From Bdellovibrionota bacterium (GTDB lineage: Bacteria > Bdellovibrionota > UBA1018 > CAIPTA01 > JAALKR01): 64,000 nucleotides of DNA. This document shows positions 21,318 through 29,884 of the stretch, one piece after another. How positions within the stretch are numbered: the first letter of the stretch is position 1; the number at the start of each line of letters is the position of its first letter. The stretch is from positions 288,001-352,000 of the forward strand of contig CBDBMJ010000003.1 in the NCBI GenBank assembly GCA_965207455.1, in the 5' to 3' direction. The position numbers and the translations under genes are program-made. A model generated the notes under the pieces. The model had not been told where the DNA came from, did not search any database, and saw only the letters and a program-made list of their open reading frames with translations.

Positions 21318-21373
21318 ATAATAATTGCCAGACCCCTAGATTTTTGAGATACCAAGAAAAAGCGAGGTGACCA

Positions 21374-22558
21374 ATGAAATCAAAAATAATTTTAGCATAT
21401 TCAGGAGGCCTGGACACATCTGCAATTATTCCTTGGCTCAAAAAGGAATACCATGCAGAGGTTATCGCCTACTGCTGTGATGTAGGCAATCTACCCAATG
21501 AAAAATGGTTGGAAGACAGAGCACTTAGCCTAGGAGCCAGTCAATTTATTTTTGAAAACCTAAAGGAAGAATTTGTGACAGATTTCGTATACCCAATGCT
21601 TCGAACGGGAGCCACGTATCAAGAAGACTATTTACTTGGAACTGCCATAGCACGCCCCCTGATAGCTCAAAAAATTGCCATCAAAGCAAAAGAGCTAAAT
21701 GCGGAAGCCATTGCCCATGGAGCCACAGGCAAAGGCAACGACCAATTAAGATTTGAAAAGGCTTGGGCATACCTCGTGCCCAATATAAAAGTCATTGCCC
21801 CTTGGCGCTCTTGGGAATTCACAGGCAGGAATGATCTGCAATCATTTCTCAATGAACAAGGGGAATCCAACGTTAAATCGGCTTATAGCATCGACAGTAA
21901 CTTGCTCCACACATCAACAGAGGGCTCAGTGCTGGAAGATATTGAAAGAAACTATAACATAGAAGAAATTCAAGCATTGTCCATACCATCTAAATCCCTA
22001 ACAACATCTCTCGAAATCGAATTTAAAAATGGAATACCCATTGCATTAAACGGCAATACTTGTGGAGCAGAGAAAATGCTGACCCTATTAAATGAAATTG
22101 GACAAAAACATGGGCTTGGCATTGTTGACCTTGTTGAAGAACGAGTCAATGGTATCAAAAGCAGAGGAATATACGTTACACCCGGCGGAACACTTCTTCA
22201 ATTTGCATTAAAGCAAATAAAACAAATTTGTTGGGAGAGATCCCTTTATAGATTGGCACAGAATCTTGGCCAAGAGTATGGACAACTTATCTACGACGGA
22301 GATTGGTTTTCTGAGTCCCGACTTGCACTAGAAGAATTCTTCAAAAAAGCTTGTTGTTCTTTAACAGGAGCAGTTGGAATAAAGATTGTGGATAATCAAA
22401 TATTTGTCACAAAACGACATAGCAAATTCAGTCTCTACAATAAGAACCATGTGAGCTTTGAAGAAGATGAAATTGGTTTCAATAAAGCTGCCTCAGGTTA
22501 TAGTGTCTTTGCCACGTATTCCAGCAAGATGGCTGGTCTCGTGAGGAGATATACATGA
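21374..22558 (+). CDS. argG: Argininosuccinate synthase
   Basis: 'LAYSGGLDTS', 'HGATGKGNDQLRF', 'GIKSRGIY'. Confidence 0.96.
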   Translation: MKSKIILAYSGGLDTSAIIPWLKKEYHAEVIAYCCDVGNLPNEKWLEDRALSLGASQFIFENLKEEFVTDFVYPMLRTGATYQEDYLLGTAIARPLIAQKIAIKAKELNAEAIAHGATGKGNDQLRFEKAWAYLVPNIKVIAPWRSWEFTGRNDLQSFLNEQGESNVKSAYSIDSNLLHTSTEGSVLEDIERNYNIEEIQALSIPSKSLTTSLEIEFKNGIPIALNGNTCGAEKMLTLLNEIGQKHGLGIVDLVEERVNGIKSRGIYVTPGGTLLQFALKQIKQICWERSLYRLAQNLGQEYGQLIYDGDWFSESRLALEEFFKKACCSLTGAVGIKIVDNQIFVTKRHSKFSLYNKNHVSFEEDEIGFNKAASGYSVFATYSSKMAGLVRRYT

Positions 22559-23895
22559 AGGTATTAAACTCAAATGTTTCAAACCCGTCGAAGAATGAAT
22601 TATTCAATTTCACCAATGGATTGGATATGGATATATTACTCTACAAACAGGAAATTAAAGTTCAGAAGGCTTGGCTTGCTCAACTAGTAAAGACCAGAAT
22701 TATACAAACCAAAGAGGGAGAACTAATTCGTTTAGCACTCTGCGAAGCCAAAGAACTAATGGCATCGGGGGATTTCAACTGGAAGGTTGAAGATGAAGAT
22801 ATTCACATGAACATCGAGAGGTTTATTATTGAGAAATGTGGTGAGGTGGGTAAAAAAATTCATTTAGGTAGATCAAGAAACGACCTAATCGCAACCACAT
22901 TAAGACTTTACGTTTATGAGTGCATAAACAAAATTCAACAACTTATCTCAAACGTAGGACTAGAGATAAAAAATCAATCATTGGAATGGATAAATGTACT
23001 TGTACCAGGAATGACTCATCTCCAATTCGGTCAACCCATTAGGCTAGGCCATGCATTTTCTTCCCATGGATACGCCCTAATGAGAGATCAAAAACGATTA
23101 CATGACGTAACAACAGAATGTTTATCCTATTGCCCTTTGGGAGCAGCAGCTTTTGCCGGCACACATTTATCTATTGATCTTAAATCTCTCGCAAACGAAC
23201 TAGGATTCTCAAACCCACTACTACATTCTTACGATGCCGTAGGAGATCGTGATTTTATCTTAGATGCCTTGAATAGCTTTTCTCTTCTATCTGTTCACCT
23301 CGCAAGGCTATCCGAGGAAATAATGTATTGGTCATCCACTCCAATGGGAGTATTGGACTTACCAAATCAATACTCAACTGGCAGTTCAATTATGCCAAAT
23401 AAACGAAACCCAGATGTGCCAGAACTGGTGCGAGCAAAAATGGCAAGGGTGATGTCTTGCGCCCAAGAGGGCTCCATTATTGTAAAGGCCGTTGTTCCAA
23501 GTTACGGAACAGATCTACATGAATTGAAAAGAACTTTTGTATTATCCTTTAAAGAATTAAGCGCATCACTTAAAATTTTATCTCCATTCGTAAATGGATT
23601 AAAATGCAATACAGGCGCAGCTAAAGAAAAATTAATGTCGGGCCATATTCTCGCAACAGATGTGGCTAATAAGCTTTGCCAGGAAGGCGTCCCTTTCAGA
23701 GATGCCTACCTAAAGACAGCAGCCTTTGTTCATGAAGCCAATAAAAATAATAAGCAAGTCCATGAAATTGCTACTACGAAAATGGGATTCGATTTTTCTG
23801 CTGAAACCGCTGTTGAAGATAGAAAAAACCTCGGCGGAACCGCCCATAACCAAGCCCTTTCTGCTGTAATGAACCTCTCTTTTGGCTCCAGTTAG
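22555..23895 (+). CDS. argH: Argininosuccinate lyase
   Basis: 'EDIHMNIE', 'GRSRND', 'GMTHLQ', 'TGSSIMPNKRNPD'. Confidence 0.96.
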   Translation: MKVLNSNVSNPSKNELFNFTNGLDMDILLYKQEIKVQKAWLAQLVKTRIIQTKEGELIRLALCEAKELMASGDFNWKVEDEDIHMNIERFIIEKCGEVGKKIHLGRSRNDLIATTLRLYVYECINKIQQLISNVGLEIKNQSLEWINVLVPGMTHLQFGQPIRLGHAFSSHGYALMRDQKRLHDVTTECLSYCPLGAAAFAGTHLSIDLKSLANELGFSNPLLHSYDAVGDRDFILDALNSFSLLSVHLARLSEEIMYWSSTPMGVLDLPNQYSTGSSIMPNKRNPDVPELVRAKMARVMSCAQEGSIIVKAVVPSYGTDLHELKRTFVLSFKELSASLKILSPFVNGLKCNTGAAKEKLMSGHILATDVANKLCQEGVPFRDAYLKTAAFVHEANKNNKQVHEIATTKMGFDFSAETAVEDRKNLGGTAHNQALSAVMNLSFGSS

Positions 23896-24221
23896 ATTTC
23901 GGAGTCTAGCTGATTTTTAGAAAACAAGATTTTGCTATAACGATCAATATGATCCTTCAGCGGTGGATAGGTGATTAAATGGTAAGCATTGACGTCGACC
24001 TTGTAAGGAAGGCTGCTTTCATGAAATTGCGTCCACAGACTGCGAATATCCTTATCAGTTATATCACCGTAGACAACTAAATCTATATCTGAATAATTTT
24101 TATAAGAACCAGTGGCCCTTGATCCAAACAAGGATATTTTATCAATACGACTAACAAAATCTTTACAAATATTTTTGATGAGTTCTAGTTGCTGTTTTTG
24201 TAGCCCATGATTGGCACTCAT
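23892..24221 (-). CDS. Minimal nucleotidyltransferase (MNT antitoxin-like)
   Basis: 'LFGSRATG...SDIDL' (GSX10DXD) and 'LPYKVD'. Confidence 0.9.
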   Translation of the reverse strand: MSANHGLQKQQLELIKNICKDFVSRIDKISLFGSRATGSYKNYSDIDLVVYGDITDKDIRSLWTQFHESSLPYKVDVNAYHLITYPPLKDHIDRYSKILFSKNQLDSEI

Positions 24222-24643
24222 GTTTTTTCCATATATTTTTCTGCTAACGTTTCATAAAGCTCACTAAAGCAATTAAGATACTTCTTTCTTATTTCTTCTA
24301 TTGCTCGCTCAAACGCTTTAAAGTCATAGGTGTGGCTCATGGCATTGCGCAGGTCTAGTGCCTCCATCCAACCCTGTTCGTGAGATATTAACTTACTAGC
24401 AATAGCCTCTTTCAGTACGGCTCTAGGTGTAATCTGAGCAAATACCACCCCCTGACCCTCTAAATAATCTTTAATAGTTTTCCACGCCAACTTACTACAA
24501 TACTTAAACCTTCTTATAGTTCCCTCTTTTTCCAGTTGATTTAAGTGCCCACTCTCAATCTGGTCTATCGCCTCTGCCAGTAAAATATAGGCTCTCTTGT
24601 AATTATCAAATCTATATTGCCAACGCTCCTTGCTTTTTTTCAT
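24218..24643 (-). CDS. HEPN / HI0074-family nucleotidyltransferase substrate-binding protein
   Basis: 'RWQYRFDNYKRA', 'LAWKTIKDYL', RX4H motif 'RNAMSHTY'; ATGA-coupled to the MNT gene. Confidence 0.9.
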   Translation of the reverse strand: MKKSKERWQYRFDNYKRAYILLAEAIDQIESGHLNQLEKEGTIRRFKYCSKLAWKTIKDYLEGQGVVFAQITPRAVLKEAIASKLISHEQGWMEALDLRNAMSHTYDFKAFERAIEEIRKKYLNCFSELYETLAEKYMEKT

Positions 24644-24813
24644 AACTTCCTCTCAAGCCTTTCTTTTCTATTCTATCGCACAGTCCCTACTGTAACCGCT
24701 AATTCCCCCAATTTAACCATTTGATCACGTTTAGATCACGCAGAAATAGATTCAGCCTTCCGTAGACTTTGTTAATATTTTACTATAATACAGTCAGAAA
24801 TTATCAAGTTTCG

Positions 24814-25824
24814 TCAGGGACTAGCGGGAGACTTTTTATTGCTGCTCGTAAGAGATTCCATAGCTTTTCCAAAACCACCATCAGAGCTATCTAGATCCAT
24901 TACACCTTGGGCAACAGGTTCTTTACTAGTATCTGCTAAAAAGGTCTTAGGCTTACCTTCGAGGTATTTTATGTAGTCCTCCATAGAAGCCCCATGGTTA
25001 TCCTTGACATATTCTCTATAGTCGGCTTCTTTTGAGCTTTCTATTCTGACTAAAGTAGCTTCACCTATTATTGGATGGGTTCTCCTCCTTGAGAGAGATT
25101 CAAATTTATATATAATATCCTCAACGTCACCTAGTAAATCAGCTTTTCTCTGAGAACTTTTTCCTATTTCTATCGCCATCAAGCCACCAGCTATCTTAAT
25201 TCCACCCATTAAATAGGCTTTTCCCATTGCCTTTTGGATTTTTCCTTGTGCATTAGCTTTTTGAGTCAAACAGTTAGAATTTGTGGGAGCACATTGAATG
25301 CTGTCGATTCTTTTCTTTTCAGACAACAATGCTTTTAAGGCCAAACTTATATCGACTGCTCCGGCTACGTTAAGGGCAGTACCAGCTGCTTTATGGAGTT
25401 TCGCTGATGATTCTAAAGATTTTCTGTCATTGCCTTTTTTAATAAGGTGTTTAGACACGCTTGCTCCTACTGCCACAAACCCAGCACGTTGTGACCATTT
25501 ATGAATTTGCGAAGAATTTTTCAGTCCCTCACTCGCCTCTTTAGCTTTTCTTAGACAGTCCGCTTGGGCTGCAGGGTTAGTAGAGGTGCAACCAGTCGTT
25601 ACCAGGGTAGTATCTATCTCTTCTGCTGCTTCCTGAAAATCATTACACTCATCTGGCCAGACTCCATCTAAGAAACCAGATGACATTGAACATTTAGACG
25701 CTGCTATAGCTCCATTTGGAAATACCACTAGTACGAGACCGAAAATTAAAGCAGTGCCTAGTGTTTGCTTTGAGCGGAATAATACAGCGGACTGTGGTGA
25801 TAAGTGTTTCTCTCTAGACTGCAT
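24814..25824 (-). CDS. Hypothetical secreted helical protein with Cys pairs
   Basis: RBS GGGGAGG before ATG 25824; signal-like hydrophobic segment ending 'AIA'; six Cys; Gly/Ala-rich helices. Confidence 0.65.
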   Translation of the reverse strand: MQSREKHLSPQSAVLFRSKQTLGTALIFGLVLVVFPNGAIAASKCSMSSGFLDGVWPDECNDFQEAAEEIDTTLVTTGCTSTNPAAQADCLRKAKEASEGLKNSSQIHKWSQRAGFVAVGASVSKHLIKKGNDRKSLESSAKLHKAAGTALNVAGAVDISLALKALLSEKKRIDSIQCAPTNSNCLTQKANAQGKIQKAMGKAYLMGGIKIAGGLMAIEIGKSSQRKADLLGDVEDIIYKFESLSRRRTHPIIGEATLVRIESSKEADYREYVKDNHGASMEDYIKYLEGKPKTFLADTSKEPVAQGVMDLDSSDGGFGKAMESLTSSNKKSPASP

Positions 25825-26093
25825 AAATAACCTCCCCAAGGTGTTATGGTTAAAAAAACCTATATAGTACTATTTTAATACGGTATTGGGGTTTTGGCAA
25901 GAGGTATTCATCAGAGAAAATCCTTAAAAATCAATAAAGATGAAATGTGACTAAATACTTTGCACCTTAATTTTCGAGGTTGTTGCATAAATACCCTGTA
26001 CTGCTCATATTTTTGAGTTGAGAGATTTTAGCCTCCCTCAAGTTATATCTATAATGCGTATCATAAAAGTGTCCGTTTTTTCGGGAAAGATCA

Positions 26094-26223
26094 GTCTCAC
26101 CAATGCTCGTATTGAAGGATTCAATCGAAAGTGTAAGCTCCTTCAGCGGCAGGCATACGGTTTTCAAAACTTTGAGAACTATAAGGCTGCGAGCACTCTA
26201 CAAATGTAGTTAGGGCCAACTAG
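26094..26223 (+). pseudogene. 3' relic of ISL3 transposase
   Basis: Near-identical to about 28526-28656 (GTCTCACCAATGCTCG...TAGTTAGGGCCA), with an extra A in 'actataaggctg'. Confidence 0.85.
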
Positions 26224-26309
26224 GGGTCTCCTAACTTGATGGTGTACGCGCCGCTTCCTGACCATTTTACTTAGATGAGACATAGGTACCAACTTTCAGT
26301 AAGATTAAA

Positions 26310-27449
26310 GGTGTTGTTGCATAAATAGCTCCAAATTGAGTCTGTGAGAGACCTCTAGTGCCCTCTGGGGCCTTCTGACGCGCCTAACTATATACCTTCA
26401 GCAAAAATATACTTAAATTGAAAGAAGGCAAGGAGGCCGACTATGAGTAAAAGAACGAAGAAAAACATCAATTGGTCAGAATATAACCGAGCATTGATAA
26501 AGCGTGGAGATATAAATTTATGGCTCGATGACGATATGATAAAAAATTGGTATGCTCCTAGAAATCCCAACCCCCAGCGAGGTCGTCCATTCATATATAG
26601 TGATCGCTGTATAGAGCTAGGACTTATCTTTCGTAGCCTATTTCATTTACCCTTGCGTGCAACCCAAGGGTTTATGTGTTCGATGTTTAAGCTCATTAAA
26701 ATAGGAGCATTAAAAATTCCAAACTATAGTTCATTTTCTCGACGTTCAAAAGATTTAAAAGTAAATATTTCCTATAAAGCAAAGACCCAAGGAATTACTG
26801 ATATCGCCGTAGACTCTACCGGAATAAAAATCTTTGGAGAGGGTGAGTGGAAGATGCGAACTCATGGTAAAGGGAAGCGAAGGACTTGGAGAAAACTACA
26901 CTTGGCAGTAGACCCCGATAGCCATCAAATCGTGAGCATGGAACTGACAAAAGCCACTGTCCACGACGATCAAATGATGAAGCCATTACTAAAAGGTTTA
27001 AAAAATATAGGCAGAGTATATGCTGATGGCGCCTATGTCTCTAGAAATTGCTTTACTGCTATCGCAGAAACTGGAGCAAAGGCCAGCATAGCTCTCAGGA
27101 CAGGTACATCAAAGTCTCAGGTCAGAGGAGACCCAGGTCTTAGTTTAAGGGATAAATTAGTTGAAGAGATTTGGAGTTATGGAGGAAGGCGAGCGTGGAA
27201 AAAACAAACAGATCATCACAAGCGATCAAATGTAGAAACTTGCATGTATCGCTTCAAAAAAATACTAGGGAATACGCTCTCTAGCAGAAAATTTGAAAAT
27301 CAGCTCACTGAAGCAAGAACTAAGGTCTTCATTCTCAATCGGATGACTCATTTAGGAATGCCCCATTCCTCTACTATTACCTAAAAGATATGTGGATAGG
27401 CTCCCTATACCTCAAAATCAATCCTTACAAAATATTACGCAACAACCCC
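26310..27449 (+). mobile_element. IS5-family (IS903 group) insertion sequence
   Basis: IRs GGTGTTGTTGCATAAAT / GGGGTTGTTGCGTAATA; perfect 9-bp TSD AAGATTAAA at 26301-26309 and 27450-27458. Confidence 0.93.
26443..27384 (+). CDS. IS5-family DDE transposase
   Basis: 'NWSEYNRALIKRG', 'VDSTGIK', 'WRKLHLAVD', 'ADGAY', 'RSNVET'. Confidence 0.95.
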   Translation: MSKRTKKNINWSEYNRALIKRGDINLWLDDDMIKNWYAPRNPNPQRGRPFIYSDRCIELGLIFRSLFHLPLRATQGFMCSMFKLIKIGALKIPNYSSFSRRSKDLKVNISYKAKTQGITDIAVDSTGIKIFGEGEWKMRTHGKGKRRTWRKLHLAVDPDSHQIVSMELTKATVHDDQMMKPLLKGLKNIGRVYADGAYVSRNCFTAIAETGAKASIALRTGTSKSQVRGDPGLSLRDKLVEEIWSYGGRRAWKKQTDHHKRSNVETCMYRFKKILGNTLSSRKFENQLTEARTKVFILNRMTHLGMPHSSTIT

Positions 27450-27495
27450 AAGATTAAATTGTAAAAGCTTAATTTTATTAAAAGAAAGGACACCT

Positions 27496-28644
27496 ATGTC
27501 TCCAGAAAATCATCTCGTAAATCGCTTCATTTTGCCAGACTTGAAGTTCAAAAAATTCATAAAACAATCTAACAAGACGTTTCTCTTCTTCTGCGTTAAG
27601 AAGAGCCAATGGGAAGTATGCCGGAAGTGCCCCACAAAATCCTTCTCCGTTCATGACAAGAGAATGGTAACCATCAGAGATGCTCGGCTTCAAAACAAGC
27701 ATGTGAAGCTCATTATTGAGAAACGGCGGTTCCGCTGTCCAAGGTGCAAATCTGTATTCACTGAATCTATTGATGGTATTAAGGTTGGATTTAGAACCAC
27801 AGAGAAGTATCGTAATGAACTCCTTTATGACTTCAGGCAATCGTCTTGCGCAACAACTGTTGCTAAAAAGCTAAGATGCTCCACCTCTTTTGTGACTTAC
27901 ACTGTGAATGAAAGGCTTGAGCTTGAACTTAGAAAGTCAAGGAACGCTCCTTGGTCTAAAACAGTCTTAATTGATGAGCATGCTTTTGGTCGCAATAAGA
28001 AATTCAGGATAAAAGATTTTGTTACTTGCTTTGTCGATAATCCTCGTCGATGCCTAAGAGAAATGGCATCTGGTCGTAATCATACTGATCTTTATGAAGC
28101 TATTAAACACATCCCTGGGAAAGAAAATGTATCTCATGTTGTTATTGATATGAGTGCAAACTATAAAAATTTTGCAGAAAGTTATTTCACAAATGCTCGT
28201 ATTGTTGTTGATAAGTTTCATGTTTTAAGACTTCTCCAGCCAGCAATAAGGAAATATAGGAAAGAGGTTACCGGTGATGACAGGAAGAATCCCATAAGGA
28301 GGCTTCTCTTAAGGAACGGGAGAGATTTAAAAACCTATCAAAAAAGGGCGATTGGAAGATTTTGTAGAGAAAACCCTACCCTTGGTGAGGTCTATAATTT
28401 CAAAGAGCGAATAAATAACTTTTATAGAATAAAAGGCTTCAATCAAGCATCAAGAATTTTAACAAAGATCACTGATGATATGGCCTTATCCAAAATAAAA
28501 GAGATTAGAACGATGCGTAGAACAGGTCTCACCAATGCTCGTATTGAAGGATTCAATCGAAAGTGTAAGCTCCTTCAGCGGCAGGCATACGGTTTTCAAA
28601 ACTTTGAGAACTATAGGCTGCGAGCACTCTACAAATGTAGTTAG
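27496..28644 (+). CDS. ISL3-family transposase (probable internal in-frame deletion)
   Basis: Zinc finger CxxC...RFRCxxC, 'IDEH', 'IDMS', 'DKFH', 'TNARIEGFN', 'YGFQNFENY'. Confidence 0.9.
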   Translation: MSPENHLVNRFILPDLKFKKFIKQSNKTFLFFCVKKSQWEVCRKCPTKSFSVHDKRMVTIRDARLQNKHVKLIIEKRRFRCPRCKSVFTESIDGIKVGFRTTEKYRNELLYDFRQSSCATTVAKKLRCSTSFVTYTVNERLELELRKSRNAPWSKTVLIDEHAFGRNKKFRIKDFVTCFVDNPRRCLREMASGRNHTDLYEAIKHIPGKENVSHVVIDMSANYKNFAESYFTNARIVVDKFHVLRLLQPAIRKYRKEVTGDDRKNPIRRLLLRNGRDLKTYQKRAIGRFCRENPTLGEVYNFKERINNFYRIKGFNQASRILTKITDDMALSKIKEIRTMRRTGLTNARIEGFNRKCKLLQRQAYGFQNFENYRLRALYKCS

Positions 28645-28884
28645 GGCCAGAACTAGATGCCTTTGAAGGGCCTAAGGTTCGTTTTGGAGTATAGGAAGCA
28701 CTGATTTTAAAAAATCAGCTGGATAGCTTTATCTTAAATCCTATAAATATGTTGAAAATGACTATAAATCATGCGATATCCATGAACAGAAACTGAAAGT
28801 TGTTACTCGTGTGAGCCTCTAGGACTGTGTTTTGGAATGACTTCCACCATTAACTTTAGAGACCCGATATAACGCATTAATTTT

Positions 28885-29273
28885 TGGCGGAGAGAGAGGG
28901 CTCGACCCACTACAGGAAATCCCTTCCAGAGGATTTCCCTGCGTAGGCTCTCCTACGCAATTTAAAAAATCTTCCACGATTTTTTTCCCCTCACTAGTCC
29001 CTCGCTAGCTCGGAACCAGCGCGGGTCATTGCTCCGTGTTCGAATCCCTCTGCTTATTTTCCTATGTGTGGATGCAAGGGTTTGAAAGGTTTTTATTCCA
29101 CTTTGTATGTGGCGGAGAGAGAGGGCTCGACCCACTACAGGAAACCCCCTCCAGGGATTTCCCTGCGTAGGCTCTCCTACGCAATTTAAAAAATCTTCCA
29201 CGATTTTTTTCCCCTCACTAGTCCCTCGCTAGCTCGGAACCAGCGCGGGTCATTGCTCCGTGTTCGAATCCCT
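28885..29273 (-). repeat. Two ~165-bp tRNA-3'-end-linked direct repeats with distinct 57-60 bp spacers
   Basis: 28885-29049 and 29110-29273 are near-identical; on the minus strand each ends in CCCTCTCTCTCCGCCA, the 3' end of the adjacent tRNA. Confidence 0.92.
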
Positions 29274-29330
29274 GCTTGTTATCGCATTTTGTTGGAGCAT
29301 ACTCACCTTTAGATACAACGCATTAATTTT

Positions 29331-29418
29331 TGGCGGAGAGAGAGGGATTCGAACCCCCGGTGCCTTGCGGCACACCGGTTTTCAAAACCGGAGCATTCGG
29401 CCACTCTGCCATCTCTCC
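29331..29418 (-). tRNA. tRNA-Ser(TGA)
   Basis: GGAGAGATGGCAGAGTGGCCGAATGC...CCGGT-TTTGAAA-ACCGG, long variable arm, GGTTCGAATCC, encoded CCA; 88 nt. Confidence 0.96.
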
Positions 29419-29621
29419 TGCTTTCAGTCCTAGAATACCGTATAGCACTGAAATCATCAAATGAATGTGTGCTCCCCATCCATTCACTGAACAAAAATTC
29501 GTATGTTTTTGCAAAACTTTAAAAACCACCCCACTTGTCAACGTCCTTTTTCAATATTATAGTGGAATTTGGTCTTGTGCCGAAAAAATAACTAGAAGCA
29601 ACAAAAAAGGACTTTAAAATC

Positions 29622-29882
29622 ATGAAAAAAATAAGCATACACACAACAGACTACTGCTCGTTTTGTACGCGCACTAAAGGCTTGCTCGATAGTCTTGGTC
29701 TTGCCTTTGAAGAATATAAGGTGGACCGGGAGGACATACAGGCGTGGCAGGATTTAGAGAAAAGATCTGGACTGAAAACAATGCCACAAATTTTTATAGA
29801 TGAGCTATGTATTGGTGGCTTCCAAGAATTACATGCCATGAACGAAAGTGGCGAATTAAAAAAAATATTAGCAAAGGAATAA
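29622..29882 (+). CDS. Glutaredoxin (GrxC-like)
   Basis: 'YCSFC' dithiol, 'TMPQIFI', 'IGGF'. Confidence 0.9.
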   Translation: MKKISIHTTDYCSFCTRTKGLLDSLGLAFEEYKVDREDIQAWQDLEKRSGLKTMPQIFIDELCIGGFQELHAMNESGELKKILAKE

Positions 29883-29884
29883 AA

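Larger units (their letters stand above)
26224..28865 (+). mobile_element. ISL3-family insertion sequence interrupted by an IS5 element
   Basis: IRL GGGTCTCCTAACTTGATGGTG at 26224; IRR reads GGGTCTCTAAAGTTAATGGTG on the minus strand, ending 28865 (17/21 match); about 1.49 kb after removing the IS5 and one TSD; no matching TSD for the ISL3 itself. Confidence 0.85.

Noticed and set aside
24720..24742. Short direct repeat GATCACG twice upstream of the HEPN gene
   Set aside because: Only 7 bp in two copies; cannot be told from chance
28885..29273. Extra or intron-containing tRNA genes in the repeats
   Set aside because: Units lack the 5' acceptor strand, D-arm and anticodon arm
28885..29330. 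CRISPR array
   Set aside because: Repeats are ~165 bp and tRNA-derived, there are only two units, and no cas genes are visible
29331..29418. Selenocysteine or suppressor tRNA
   Set aside because: Anticodon TGA reads UCA (Ser); tRNA-Sec would have anticodon TCA and a longer acceptor stem
28962..29541. Short ORFs 28962-29201, 29309-29494 and 29323-29541
   Set aside because: They overlap the tRNA and repeats and show no protein-like features
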